Positions 43,262 through 56,000 of a stretch of 64,000 bases of DNA are shown here, piece after piece. The notes beneath the pieces were generated by a model that ran no database searches, was not told the origin of the DNA, and was given only the letters and a program-made list of their open reading frames with translations. The position numbers and the translations under genes were made by a program. Position 1 is the first letter of the stretch, and each line of letters begins with the position of its first letter. This DNA comes from Octopus vulgaris (lineage: Eukaryota), in NCBI GenBank assembly GCA_951406725.2, contig OX597825.1, positions 50,282,001 through 50,346,000 on the forward strand. The letters run 5' to 3'.

Positions 43262-44048
43262 AATCTAAAAACAAGCAAGGCATTAAGAAAGGTTGATCAA
43301 AAATTAAAGATAATGTAGATTAAAACAAGCGTTGCCTTCAAAGCCAACAGTTGAAAGTAATTACATTGTGTGAGAGCATGTCATATCTCCTCAGTTCTAC
43401 CATTTCACACATTTTTTTCCAGGCTGGTATGAGTTGGCAATGCTGAAACAATTGTTTTCACAGTGCAACCCTGAAGCAAGCATCAACTTTGTTCATTAAA
43501 ACTTTTTGTTCAAAGTTTCAAATGGAGCAAGATTACAAAATTTGTAAAATGACCAGCATTCATAGGCTGTGAGGTGAGTTCTAATGTATTAGGCAGGAGC
43601 ATCTTTGAAGAAATTAACACTTGGGAGGTCTTCAACACATTTCTCTAAAAAAAAAAACCTGAAACCACAATACTTGTCTCATATCCTCAGCAAATCAACT
43701 TATTTTAAATGTTTTTCAGATTCACATCATGTTTAGTTTTCTCAAACTTTAGTTATCTTTTTCCTTTTTTTATTTTTTTTTGCTGAGAGCAGGTGCATTG
43801 CTCAGGAAGACAATAAAAGACAGCAGTAAGATTTGAACTGCTGACCCAGGTGTCAATTGCTAAATATTGTAGTCGACTGTGTTTCAGCACCATCACATCA
43901 GTTAAGACTACATCTTCAGATTTATCTATGATGCATTCCAAACATATTCAGACCTCTCTTTCACCATTCTTAAGCCATTCTTGTCAGAATATGTCAATTG
44001 TCCTAAAAACCAAAAAGAGGAATTGTAAAGCTAGACTGGTCAACTTAC

Positions 44049-44154
44049 AGAACTGATTCTTCATTCCAAACAGGATTACCCTTAGGATCTTTCACAACTG
44101 ATGTCCGATATTTCTTGTTTCCAAATCCAAATATCACTGAATATTTATGGCGTC
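44049..44154 (-). CDS. C2-IPT protein, coding exon 3 (G-RHKYSVIFGFGNKKYRTSVVKDPKGNPVWNEESV-L)
   Basis: Acceptor TTTTCTTTGAAG and donor CT|GTAAGT, phase 1-2. Contains the C2 motif KYRTSV...NPVWNE. Confidence 0.9.
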
Positions 44155-44999
44155 CTTCAAAGAAAATAATGTTTTTAAAATTATATTTTAGATATTACTT
44201 CATTGAGCAGTTGTAATTTATATATATGTATGTACAGAAGATGATATAAGAATGCTGTGCTGAAGGGGACTTGTCCAACCAATACAAGCATGAAAAGAAG
44301 ACATAAAATTGATGACAACAATGACGATAATGATGATAGCTGTACAAATAAAGGGAAAAGGGACCCAACACACGTTGTACAGCATCAATAATAAACATTT
44401 TAAGGACATTCATTTGTCCAAGCATAAATTAGCCAAGCAGTTGCAGGGATTTGGGAAACAGTGCCAGTTTTCTTTATTTCACCCATTTCTTTACATCCCC
44501 AGCACACTAACTCCTTGCTCTTATTTCTTCCTAAATCATTTTTAGCCATGTTTGTGAGGAAAATAAAATATTTCTGATAACATCTTTTACCTTTTCCCTT
44601 TTACTTGTTTCAGTCATTAATGATTCAGTTAATAATTTCATCTTACACATGTGACATTCCCTTAGCTTACATAAAAGACATTACCATATCTTACATTTGT
44701 GAATATGTGATATTACTACATTTTACGTGTTATTATCACACTTTATACATGTGACATAATCACATCTTGCATAGTCTCATAAAACTGGATGTTTTGAGAA
44801 ACAAAACTTATTACAATAACAAAATGCTAATATATATTTAACTGGTGTTTCCTAGCCCAACATTTGATTAACAAATGGATCACAGACTGTTCATTTATGA
44901 ATAGAAGCTCCTTTAAGCATTTCACCATTTCTCAATAAATTTTAACAGAAGAAGACAGAACAGAAACATTATAATAAAAGTAGCTTGGATTAATCATAC

Positions 45000-45035
45000 C
45001 TGGTTTCTTTCCTTGTAATCCTTTTGCATTGTGAA
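45000..45035 (-). CDS. C2-IPT protein, coding exon 2 (36 nt, V-HNAKGLQGKKP-G)
   Basis: Acceptor TGTTTTTCCAG and donor CCAG|GTATGA, phase 1-1. Peptide matches the C2 'V..A.GL..K' motif. Confidence 0.85.
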
Positions 45036-45339
45036 CTGGAAAAACAGGTGAAGAACAAATTATGTCATAATATTTGCATTTTACAGACACACATACACAC
45101 GCATCATTTCATTATGTAATACAGGAATATCTTTGTTTTTGGCTTGACATCCATTTATCAATGTCAGCATGGATGAGATGGTTTATTTGTTACAAGTGTA
45201 TTTTACAGTTGGATGTTGTCCCTTCCTAATGTGAACTGTGAACTACTAGTCAACTGTGAAATAGAAGAGAAACCTGATTCTTGCTCATTTACAGAGATAC
45301 CATCAGCAGAATTAAGTGCTTTGTTCAAAGAAACAACTC

Positions 45340-45652
45340 TATAATAGTCACAGTAATCTCTTAACTAATGACTATCATAGCACCACAGTAATCTCTCAAC
45401 TAATGACTGTCATAGCATCATAGCATCTCAAATGATGACTGTAAGAGCATTATAGTAATATCTCAAATTATGGCTGCTATAATATCATAGTAAGATCTCA
45501 AATGATGACTATCAAAATGCTAAAGTAAGGTCTGAAGTAACGACTTTCATTGTCATGTAGTAACAAATGAACTAATGGCTGCTGCTGTAGTAATGCAGAA
45601 AGGACTTAACTAATGGCTATCCAAATGTTACATCAGGGCCTAAAGTAATGAC
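45340..45652. repeat. ~30-bp diverged minisatellite (CATAGTAATCTCTCAACTAATGACTATCATAG-like)
   Basis: Roughly ten units with recurring (A/T)AATGACT/ATGGCT cores. Confidence 0.8.
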
Positions 45653-47534
45653 ACACACAGTTATCATATCTGTTACCATTATTAATTTGTTGGTATCAGA
45701 TAGCATGAAGAGTGGAACTAGGGACTAAGTGCATTGCATCACCAGTTCAAATTCTGACATGGTTCTAAATCATCTAGCATTGATAAGATATATACCAGAT
45801 AAATACTGGGGTTGATTAAATCCAATATACCCTCCCTCAATCTGCATCCTTCCTACCATAGTCCTTCAAGCACCACTGACCCTTGGAATTTTCTGACATT
45901 TCACATTTCATGATCCTTTACATTTCAAGATCCTTCATACTCTATAACCTTTAGCATACCACTGGTCCAAGAAACCTGTCTGGCTCTTTGCATACAATGG
46001 CACTTCAAATAAAACTGTCTTTTGGAAGTCTACAGTCTCTTCAAAAACTATAGCCTTTCAAAAATTATAGCCTACTGATCCTTAAGACCCTCTGGTCCTT
46101 CATACACAGATACTGTGGCCCTTGGAGCTTAATAGGGAAATTTTGACGATTCCATGACATATTACATAGGAATTATGTTTGTATGATGAATAACAACCAT
46201 TTACGTGGGTGTTGTTGTTTAGCCCCAGATCAGTTCTGATCCCACTGACCTGTGATCAAAAACACTCTAACTATCCCAACTCATTTTCTAACAATGTACC
46301 AAGAATTATTTTACCCAATATGTTATTTTCATCTTTAAGATGGCATTGTATGGTTTGAATATAATTTAATAGTTATTTCTAGGTATAAAGAAACCACAAT
46401 GTGGCAGAGTGCTTAATGACTTGTCCCTTTTCTTGATCAAGAGAAGGGAGATCAAGCATTCAGTGTGTATAATTAGTGACCAAATGCCATTGGGATGGTC
46501 ACTGTATTTTAAGAAAGAATTCATGCCAAATCAATGGTTGGTCTATTCCAGGTAACATTTCTTGGTGACCTCTGACCCATTTCTGACCAATGAAATACAA
46601 TGTTCTGCTCAGACAGTGATTTGAGCTCGTGTACTATGACCAAATAATCCATTTCCTTATTCATTAAACAATTGTGACTTTACACTGAAATATTTCACTA
46701 ATTTTAAAATTCACTTGAAATACTTCAGCTTCAAATAAAATTTTATATTTTGAACCAAAAATTTATAATCTTTATTTAATTTCCTCAGAAGTAGGAAAGG
46801 AAAAGGAAGCAACACACAATTTGGAATTGACTTTTCAAGTGAATACCATATGATAAGGAACTCTAGAAAAATGTTGACCTTGAAGCAATGTTGGAATGTA
46901 TTAATTACAAAATTGCAAACCTTTCAGATTATATCAGAGAAACTCAGCTGATAGGAATTAAGTCTAAAGACAAAATGTTCAAAGAATAGTAACGGAATTA
47001 GGCAATATCTTTTCAATATCATCATCTTAAGATTGCTATATTTAAAAACAAAAATTCTGAAATGTTTAATTTGGTAATAGAACAGGGCCTTATTTGAAGC
47101 CTAAAATGCAAAAACAAGAACATAATTAGGAAAAAATGAATATGTAAGTTGGTGAACTTTTTTTTAAATTTTAAAATAAAATCAAAAGCAAGAGAGATTA
47201 CACTAGTGGCATGAAAGATGAAAAGTTTTGTGCAATCAAATCATTATAATTAAGAAAAAAGAAGAGTTAACAGGGATACAGACATTAATGAGAGATTACA
47301 AAATAAACATTTAGTAACATAAAACCAGCTACCAGAGCTGTGCTGTCTCTGACAAAGTTTTTAATAAACCTTTTGCGGCAGATTTAGTTGACCATGAGGG
47401 TTGGGGGGGTGTTGAACTAAAATACACACTAACTGAGAATGGTGGTCATGAAAATGTTCAACAAAAGTTTATAGTTGCTTCAATGCATGTGTGTTTGTTT
47501 GTGTGTCTGTGTGTGCGCGTGTCTATATATATAT

Positions 47535-47780
47535 ATACACACATGCACACGCATACATACATGTACATACATACAATACTCAATATACACACATGCACAC
47601 GCATACATACATGTACATACATACAATACTCAATATACACACTTACACCTATATACACCCACCCACACACATACACATAAATAAATGTATATACATATAT
47701 ATACACGCACATATGAAAAACCTACACATATGCACACACATACATACATGTACATACATACAATACTCAATATATACACC
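47535..47780. repeat. ~50-bp unit, three copies
   Basis: CATACATACATGTACATACATACAATACTCAATATA recurs three times. Confidence 0.9.
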
Positions 47781-48632
47781 ATGTATGCTTGCTATCAAAT
47801 AACAAATCTATCGCTAAGTAGTATCTTACGAATAAACTTAAATTTAATATCTAATAATATAGAAAATTACGATAATTAGATCATTACATAAACAACGATA
47901 TTTACATAAGGAAAATATTATTACTCCAAAGACTTATACAATATTAAAATTTACAATTTGAAGATCTTAAATAAATACATACTTATCTTAGCGAGGTTTA
48001 GCAATGAACTAAAATTTTGAATCGGAAAACGTCTTTACAGCGTTTATAAGAATACTCATGGAATTACGTTATTAGCAAAAAAATAGAATAAATTGTTGAA
48101 GAATTCATTAAGCGTGAGGAACCTACGCTTTATTAATGAGATTGTGAATGGGAAAATTATTGGTTTATCATTGTAAATAGAATGAAGTCACAAATAAAGA
48201 ATAAAATCTCTCTATACTATAATATTTATTAATAAAATAACTATGATAAATGAAACTTAATACAAAATAAATTAAATGATTTAAATGATTAAAAACCACT
48301 AATTATTAAATATATTCTAAAAATCTTATATGATTAATAAATATATAAAAAAAATTATTTATATAGTAACCCCTCAACATACTATAAAGTCTTTCACATG
48401 CCCTTATAATTATAAGCTAAATTTAGTGATCATAACTAAATCTATAAATACTTATCAAAATTTGTAGTATAACTATACATACGTATACATAAATATATAA
48501 AAATATACATACATATACATATATATATTTCAATTAACCTGAAGATTGACTGTAACCATAACTCGAATTATTACGAATTGTAAAGCCATGAAACGATCGT
48601 ATCTTTTATTAAACTTTTAATACTTTTGATAT

Positions 48633-48810
48633 ATCATCATCATCATCATCATCATCATTTAGCGTCCGCTTTCCATGCTAGCATGGGTTGGACGGTTTAA
48701 CTGGGGTCTGTGAAGCCGGAAGGCTTCATCAGGCCCAGTCAGATTTGGCAGTGTTTCTACGGCTGGATGCCCTTCCTAACGCGAGTGTAGTGGGTGTTTT
48801 TTACGTGCCA
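48633..48810 (-). mobile_element. RTE 3' tail fragment
   Basis: (CAT)n followed by CGCTTTCCATGCTAGCATGGGTTGGACGG, antisense to the RTE tail. Confidence 0.85.
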
Positions 48811-49473
48811 CACATGTGTGTACATGTGTGTATATATATATATATTTAAAATAATATAAATTAATTAATTTTATGTATTGGCTTATGTTTTTCATTGTTT
48901 GATTTGCCTAATAGTGGTTTTATCTCTAATTTAATATAATATAATATAATATATTTTACTATAAAATTGGATTTAATCCTAAATCTGATTTTTCCCTGTA
49001 AGTTTGGATTTATTCCCTAATATTTTAATAAAATTAAAATTAATAACTTTAATAATTCTTTAAATGTTAATTATAAATTTAAATCTAATAATAATAATAA
49101 TAATATGATAAAGAAATATAATAATAACAATAATAATGACAGTTTTAATAATAAGAAGAAGGAAAATAAGAATAAAATTTGGTTAATATAATATTTTCAT
49201 TGTTTGATTTGCCTAATAGTGGTTTTATCTCTAATCTAATATATTATATAATATATCACAACAATGGTAAACTTGCAGAAAATTATTGTGGATTCTCAAC
49301 TAAACCATTTTATTTAATTTTTCCACATACTTCTATATTTCTGATACCTCTTTACAGATGATACCAGTGCCTCTAAGATTACAATCAAACATTCAATGCC
49401 ACATACCTATGCATGTATGTACATACATGCAGGAATTGTAAGTGTGTACATATATATGCATATACATAGACAC

Positions 49474-49860
49474 AGAAATGGCTGTGTGGTAAGTAGCTTG
49501 CTTACCAACCATATGGTTCAGGGTTCAGTCTCAATGCATGGCACCTTGGGCAAGTGTCTTCTACTATAGCCTCAGGCCAACCAAAGCCTTGTGAGTTGAT
49601 TCGGTAGATGGAAACTGAAAGAAGCCCGTTGTGTGTATATATATATATGTGTGCATGTATGCATATGTTTGTGTGTCTGTGTTTGTCTCCCCACCAACTG
49701 ATGTTGGTATGTTTACGTCCCTGTAACTTAGTGGTTTAGCATAAGAGACCGAAAGAATAAGTACTAGGCTTACAAAGAACAAGTCCTGGGTTCAATTTGT
49801 TTAACTAAAGGCGGTGCTCCAGCATAGCCGCAGTCAAATGACTGAAACAAATGAAAGAAT
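49474..49860 (+). mobile_element. tRNA-derived SINE, family A
   Basis: Colinear with 6141-6530. Confidence 0.9.
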
Positions 49861-50074
49861 ATATATGTACAAATGTAACTGTGTATGTGTGTACATGTGA
49901 AATATGTAGGAGATATGGTTGTGATGATATAGACATGTTATGTAACAGTATGTGAGAGGTGTAAGGGCATTGTTTTAAGGGTATTGTGAAAGGCCTGGTT
50001 GGAGGCCCAACCTTCCAAGTTCTTTTACAGGATTTAGAAAAACTGAAGAACCACTGCAATAAGTGTGTGGATCT

Positions 50075-50292
50075 AAGGTGGCAAGCTGGCAGAATTGTTA
50101 TCATGCCAGGCAAAATGCTTAGTGGTATTTCTTCTGCCGTTACGTTCTGAGTTCAAATTCTGCCAAGGTCGACATTGGCTTTCATCCTTTCAGGGTCAAT
50201 AAATTAAGTACCAGTTGTGCAATGGTGTTGATCTAACTGACTGGTCCTACTCCCCAAAAGTTTCGGTCCTTGTGGCAAGAGTAGAAAAGAAT
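50075..50292 (+). mobile_element. tRNA-derived SINE, family B, inserted in a mariner-type MITE
   Basis: SINE B sequence interrupts AATAAGTGTGTGGATCT...AATAAGTGTGTGAATCT, an apparent target duplication, within an antisense copy of the 9206/11717 MITE family. Confidence 0.8.
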
Positions 50293-50401
50293 AAGTGTGT
50301 GAATCTGAGAGGGGAATATGTTAAATAAAATCATAATTAACTGATTCTCATGTATTTTCTTTTACCCAAAGCTAAGAACTTTTCAGCATGCTCTTGTAAA
50401 T

Positions 50402-50619
50402 TCTCTTTCTCTTTTATTCTCTTTTACTTGTTTCAGTTATTTGACTGTTGCCATGCTGGAGCACCACCTTTAGTCGAGTAAACTGACCCCAGGACATATT
50501 CTTTGTAAGCCTAGTACTTATTCTACCAGTCTCTTTTGCTGAACTGCTAAGTTAAAGGGACATAAACACACCACCATCAGTTGCCAAGCAATGTTGGGGG
50601 GACAAACACAGACACACAA

Positions 50620-50655
<36 letters not shown>

Positions 50656-50838
50656 ACACACGGGCTACATATATACGACGGGCTTCTTTCAATTTCTGTC
50701 TACCAAATCCACTCACAAGGCTTTGGTTGGCCCGAGGCTATAGGAGAGGACACTTGCCCAAGGTGCCACGCAGTGGGACTGAACCCAGAACTATGCGATT
50801 GGTAAGCAAGCTACTTACCTCACAGCCACTCCTACGCC
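50402..50838 (-). mobile_element. tRNA-derived SINE, family A
   Basis: Reverse complement of 49474-49860. Confidence 0.9.
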
Positions 50839-51453
50839 TATGTGTAAAGTATGTAGAATAAGGAGTTGTGATGATATGGATATGTGGTGTATGCAAGAGA
50901 GCTGTTTAGAATGATATGGCCATGTGATGTATGAATAATAGTAGAGTGCTTGGTGAAAAAGTGATGTAACCCAGAATGGGTAGGTGACCATCATAGAAAA
51001 CTGGGAAATAAATACACAGGGCAAGGCAGGGTGAGTGAGTGGAATTGTCATGTCAGGATGTTGGAGTTACAGATAAGGCAACACAAGATTAATGCATGTG
51101 ATGATTTCATAGAGTGCAGACCTATCCAACCCATACCTAAAGAGAAAATAGGCATTAAAAACTGATATTGTTGATAAAGCAGGAAATATATTTCTTTCTG
51201 CTAAATAAAATTAAAAGATTCATCAACTCTAGAACTTAACCTAGAACTTCTCACCGTCTGAACAAACATTACATACACATGTACATCCATGTATGTGCAC
51301 GCACGCGTATGTGTATGTATGTATGCATGCATATATATGAGTGTGTTTGTGTGTATGTACACACACACAGATAGGCATACCCAAATACAAACCAAATGAT
51401 ATAAATGAGAAACATTAAATATATCAAAGTACAGAAATTTAGTTAATACATAC

Positions 51454-51502
51454 CTATAACAGTCACTTGGTCAGGAATCGACTGCTGCTCACTCTCATCC
51501 AT
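51454..51502 (-). CDS. C2-IPT protein, coding exon 1 (MDESEQQSIPDQVTVI-V); the exon probably extends 5' as UTR to the acceptor at 51668
   Basis: ATG at 51502 is the first in-frame ATG after an upstream in-frame TAG. Donor ATAG|GTATGT is phase 1 and joins exon 2 to give DQVTVIVHNAKGL, the first C2 strand. Acceptor TTTTGTTTCCAG at 51669. Confidence 0.75.
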
Positions 51503-51656
51503 TAGTAGATTTATTAAAACTAGTACATCTACTGCAATTAGTAAAACTAATACTGTTGACAAGTTCAATGCTGTTTCTATGTCTACCACAGTTGGTACAA
51601 TTGCTAAGTTGATTTGATGCAGCTGCAATATACCCTACGGCATTCTTCATTTTCAT
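51495..51656 (-). other. Overlapping upstream ORF, 53 aa, with two CxxC pairs
   Basis: Translates as MKMKNAVGYIAAASNQLSNCTNCGRHRNSIELVNSISFTNCSRCTSFNKSTNG*. Its last codons overlap the main ATG (AATGGATGA). Confidence 0.5.
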
Positions 51657-51947
51657 CTTGGCATCTTTCTGGAAACAAAAAAAAGAAAAACAAAACTGGT
51701 ATTTTAAAGAACAATAGTGTTTCTTGAATATTCTAAGATGCCAGACAAAACAGGAGTGGAAAATGAACTCATTGAAAGTTATTGCAATATTTTTATGGAG
51801 GTAAATTCAGAAAGAACAAGTTCAATTCCATGGAATATATGTTTTACAGATGTAATAAGACAAGAGAAATACAAATCTTTGCAAATACATAGTCAATCTG
51901 CAAAGCCAACAGAGTAATGATAATGATTATTTTTAATAATAATAATA

Positions 51948-52160
51948 ATCCTTTCTACTAAAGGCACAAGGTCTGAAATTTTGGGGGAGGGGACTAGTAA
52001 AATTACATTGACCCCAATGTTTCACTGGTACTTAATTTATTGACCCCGAAAGGATGAAACGTTAAAATCAAACTTGGCGGAATTCTCAAAATATAAAGCC
52101 GGACAAAATGCTGCTAAGCATTTTGCCTGGTGTGTTAATGATTCTGCCAGCTTGCCACCC
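51948..52160 (-). mobile_element. tRNA-derived SINE, family B
   Basis: Antisense head and core, flanked by (TAA)n. Confidence 0.8.
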
Positions 52161-52419
52161 TAATAATAACGACAATAATAATAATAAGTTATGACGATAT
52201 TAAGTGTGATAATTAGCTAGGCCAAGCAAGAGCTTCCTTTTATTTCTAATAACACTTAATTAAAATGGTCAATGTGCCATAAATTACTAACACCAATGCA
52301 TTGTTGTCAATGAAACTACTTGTTAGTATGTGAATGCTATATATTTTCCCAACCTCAAACAAATAACAGTCAAGGTGACCCTAATTGTAATTTCAACAAG
52401 AATAAAAGAATTGAGGAGT

Positions 52420-52662
52420 GAGGAATCTCAGGTGAGTTGGTGTCATGGAACCAGGGGTGGTGATCTGAAGGAGGTCGGTATCAAAGAACCAGCATTGGTG
52501 GTTACAATGGCAATGATCTCAGGTGGGTTTGTATCACAGAACTGGGGTGTGGTGATTTAAGGTTGGCTGGTCTTACAGAAGTAAGGGTTGTGATCTCAAG
52601 TAGTTTGGCATTACAGAACAGGAATGGTGATCCCAGATGGATTGGAATCACAGAACCAGTCC
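52420..52662. repeat. ~35-bp diverged tandem repeat; inverted related array at 53765-53870
   Basis: Units resemble GTGATCTCAGGTGGGTTGGTATCACAGAACCAGG. Confidence 0.7.
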
Positions 52663-52795
52663 TGCTGACCATGGGTGAAGCAGGACTCTTCAAGCAGTAA
52701 AATGGTAACTGATGGCAATTTGTTGATGGTCATGGCAAGAAAGAGACTCACTGGAAATTGAAGTAGTTTGGATTGAAATGGGATATCATCTCCTG
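52663..52795 (-). pseudogene. Pif1/Helitron helicase C-terminal fragment
   Basis: DIPFQSKLLQFPVSLFLAMTINK...LLLEESCFTHGQ resembles the Helitron F.R.QFPV.L.FAMTINK and F.HGQ motifs. Confidence 0.7.
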
Positions 52796-53157
52796 AATTT
52801 GTGCAATGGAGGTTCTGATATCTAGTCAATGCATTCGGTGCATCCTAAGCTTGGGTGTTTCATGGGACCATGCAATGGAGGATCATGTTTGCATATCATC
52901 AAGTCCATTCTTTCTCTATTTGGATGTCTTCTGAGCTTGCTGCTGATACTTTGTGAGAGTCTTCCAACTCTGTCACCCTAATGAAATTCCTTATTCACAC
53001 ACACACACGCACACACACACAAGGTGTATGGCAATTATGTAGTGTGAGGGAAGTTTATAATGAGCAAATCATAAAAGGCAGATAGACCGATACACTCATC
53101 TCTTATGACTGATTTGCATTACATGTCATATCAAGAAAGATGGGGGAGCAACATGCA

Positions 53158-53196
<39 letters not shown>

Positions 53197-54004
53197 AAGA
53201 AAGAGTGAAAGAGAGAGTAATAAATATATAGAGAGAAGAGAAAAGCATAAAAGCCAGGGGACACTGACAGTTATAAGTCATGACACACCCATATACAAAC
53301 ACACACACTCAGGTAATCATGAGTTTAAGATGTCTTCTATAAACATTCAATATTACGATCTCCAATTTGCATTATTTCTTGTAGCAGATTATATTTTTTG
53401 ACTACTAATAATCAAAAATCTTCTCTTTGTGGATCAGATTTTGAAAATGAAATCCATTTTTCTCCAGGACACATCTTTTGGAGCCTTTTGGTGATATACA
53501 CATGTACATAAATACACACACTCATACATAGATATATATATATATATAATTGAAAAAATTGTAGTCAACAATTCACACACAACAGAAGCCCAAGCATAAA
53601 CCTAGAATTATATATAATACTACTACTGGATAGCACAGGCTGAAATCTGAAGGTGGACGAGCTTTATACTGTTCTCTGTTATGTTCTATACATACATACC
53701 ACATTTTGTTCTGTGAAGCCAAACTATTTAACATCACTCTTTATTCTAAAACATAAACTGACCTCAGATGACCAACCCTGGTTTTGTGATTCCAGATCCT
53801 GGTTCAGTGGTGCGAACCCACTTGAGAACACTACTCCAGTTCAATAATACCAATTTACCTGGGATCACCAAATAATGGTAAAATCCATCCTGATCAAGAG
53901 GTCAGTCTGTTGGGAAAGACATGGCCTGACAGAATGAAAAAAGAATTTAAATGAAGGCATTCTATTGTGAAAATTGCTCAGCAACAACGGGCTGCTCAGC
54001 AAGT

Positions 54005-54322
<318 letters not shown>

Positions 54323-54483
54323 ATAACAACTATATCAATAATATACTACTCCAAAGAGTTTCAACCAGAACTCAGGCAATTCTCCTAAACATCAACTCAT
54401 GTCCTCTTAAAAGAAGTATATAAACTGCAAAGAAATATACAAATGTGTAGACACACACGTATGTATGCGTGTGTGTGTGTGTG

Positions 54484-54515
<32 letters not shown>

Positions 54516-54965
54516 CAACACAACTAATTGATACAAAGACTTCAATTTAATTAAGAAAGAATGGAGAAAGACGAGAAAGAAATGTAGATTATTTCAAGAA
54601 GATGGCATTATTTCATCATCAAGTTGAATATTTCAAGAATCTTTGACATAATGAGGAAATCTGAACAAGCATGAAAATCTCAAAATGTTTATCTTTGTCG
54701 TTATTGTTGTTAATGTTGTTATTATTATCATTATAATTACTATCAGTAGTAGTAGTAGTAGTAATAGTAGTAAGTTGTGAAGAATCAAAACAAAAGCTAA
54801 GTACTTGGAAGTTGACATAGGTTGTTATTGATTTTGTGTGTGAGTTTGAATGAATGCATATGTGTGTATAAACGTCTGTATGTATGTGTATGCATACATA
54901 CATGTGCATGTATATATAGACACCCATATCCACACATATATTATATAAAGATGTGCACATGTATG

Positions 54966-55007
<42 letters not shown>

Positions 55008-56000
55008 AACATATATTTGCATATGTGTGTGTGTGAGTGTGTATACACACATACATACATAAATTTTTCTTTCCTCTTCCTCTCTCTCCCACTGCTGCCA
55101 GTTTATACATGCTCTATCTCTCTCTCTCTCTCTCTCTCCCTCTCTCTCCCACTGCTGCCAGTTTATACATGCTCTCTCTCTCTCATTCTTTTCTTTTTCC
55201 TATCAGCTGCTGCCAGTCAGTCAAATAAAAAGAAATGTAATGATTTTCTGTCTTTTTGCTTTTCTTTTCTTTCCTGTCATCTCAACACTGAAGAAGGACT
55301 CTGTCCAAAATGTGTGAAACTACACTCCCCACAGCAATATTCCTTTATTTTTTCTTTTATTTTTACACACACACACACACACTCAAGCACATCTATGGGC
55401 TAATTCTGCATTCAGTGTAGTTTTTACTGGCATTTTTTCTCAATGAAACTTGTCTGTGTTGTACCATGTGTTTATCCTGACTGTCTTCTTAAAAATCTCT
55501 GTAGCTAATTCCATAGTTTATATAGGATGAGTCTCATTAGGGCAACAGAATTAAAAGACTTTAGGGTGAGTTACATTAGTATCCTTATTTTTTTTCCCCC
55601 TCTTATATAAGAAGTAAAAAGTCTGGTCAGGACACAGGAGAAGAAAACTACTAAGCTAGCCATATCTAGGACATGAAAGCCAACAATACCCTGCACACCA
55701 TCAAGAAGAGCATCGTAAAAAAATCTACACCAAACATTAACTTACTGGATACTAACCCACCTGAGACCACCCAGGGGAATTACAACCGTGTTTCGTGGTC
55801 TGCTACCACAACAGCTTCTTTATAGGATCCAGTTAGCTCAAGACATCATCATGAGGAACCATGTCCGGTTTCGGCTCCTACCCCTCTATCATTTTGACGT
55901 GGCGGGGCCCTTCCTTTTGGAGGTGTCTTCAGCTCTGGTGTTGGGTGCATGTCTTCTTTCTTCTGTTCCCTGGCCTGTATCGTCAGTGAGTGTCAGACTG

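Noticed and set aside
45340-45652. CRISPR-like repeat array (also 52420-52662)
   Set aside because: Eukaryotic context, diverged contiguous units without unique spacers, and no cas genes.
47800-48500. Possible mitochondrial insertion (NUMT)
   Set aside because: AT-rich, but I recognise no rRNA, tRNA or mitochondrial protein motif; a BLAST search would be needed.
48539-48589. MALQFVIIRVMVTVNLQ as an alternative first coding exon
   Set aside because: The GT sites in this stretch are phase 0, whereas exon 2 needs phase 1.
55775-55820. Hammerhead-like fold on the minus strand (GTGGT-agcag-ACCAC-GAAACA-cggt-TGTA)
   Set aside because: Stems II and III fit, but the CUGANGA core reads CTGTTGT and stem I is poor.
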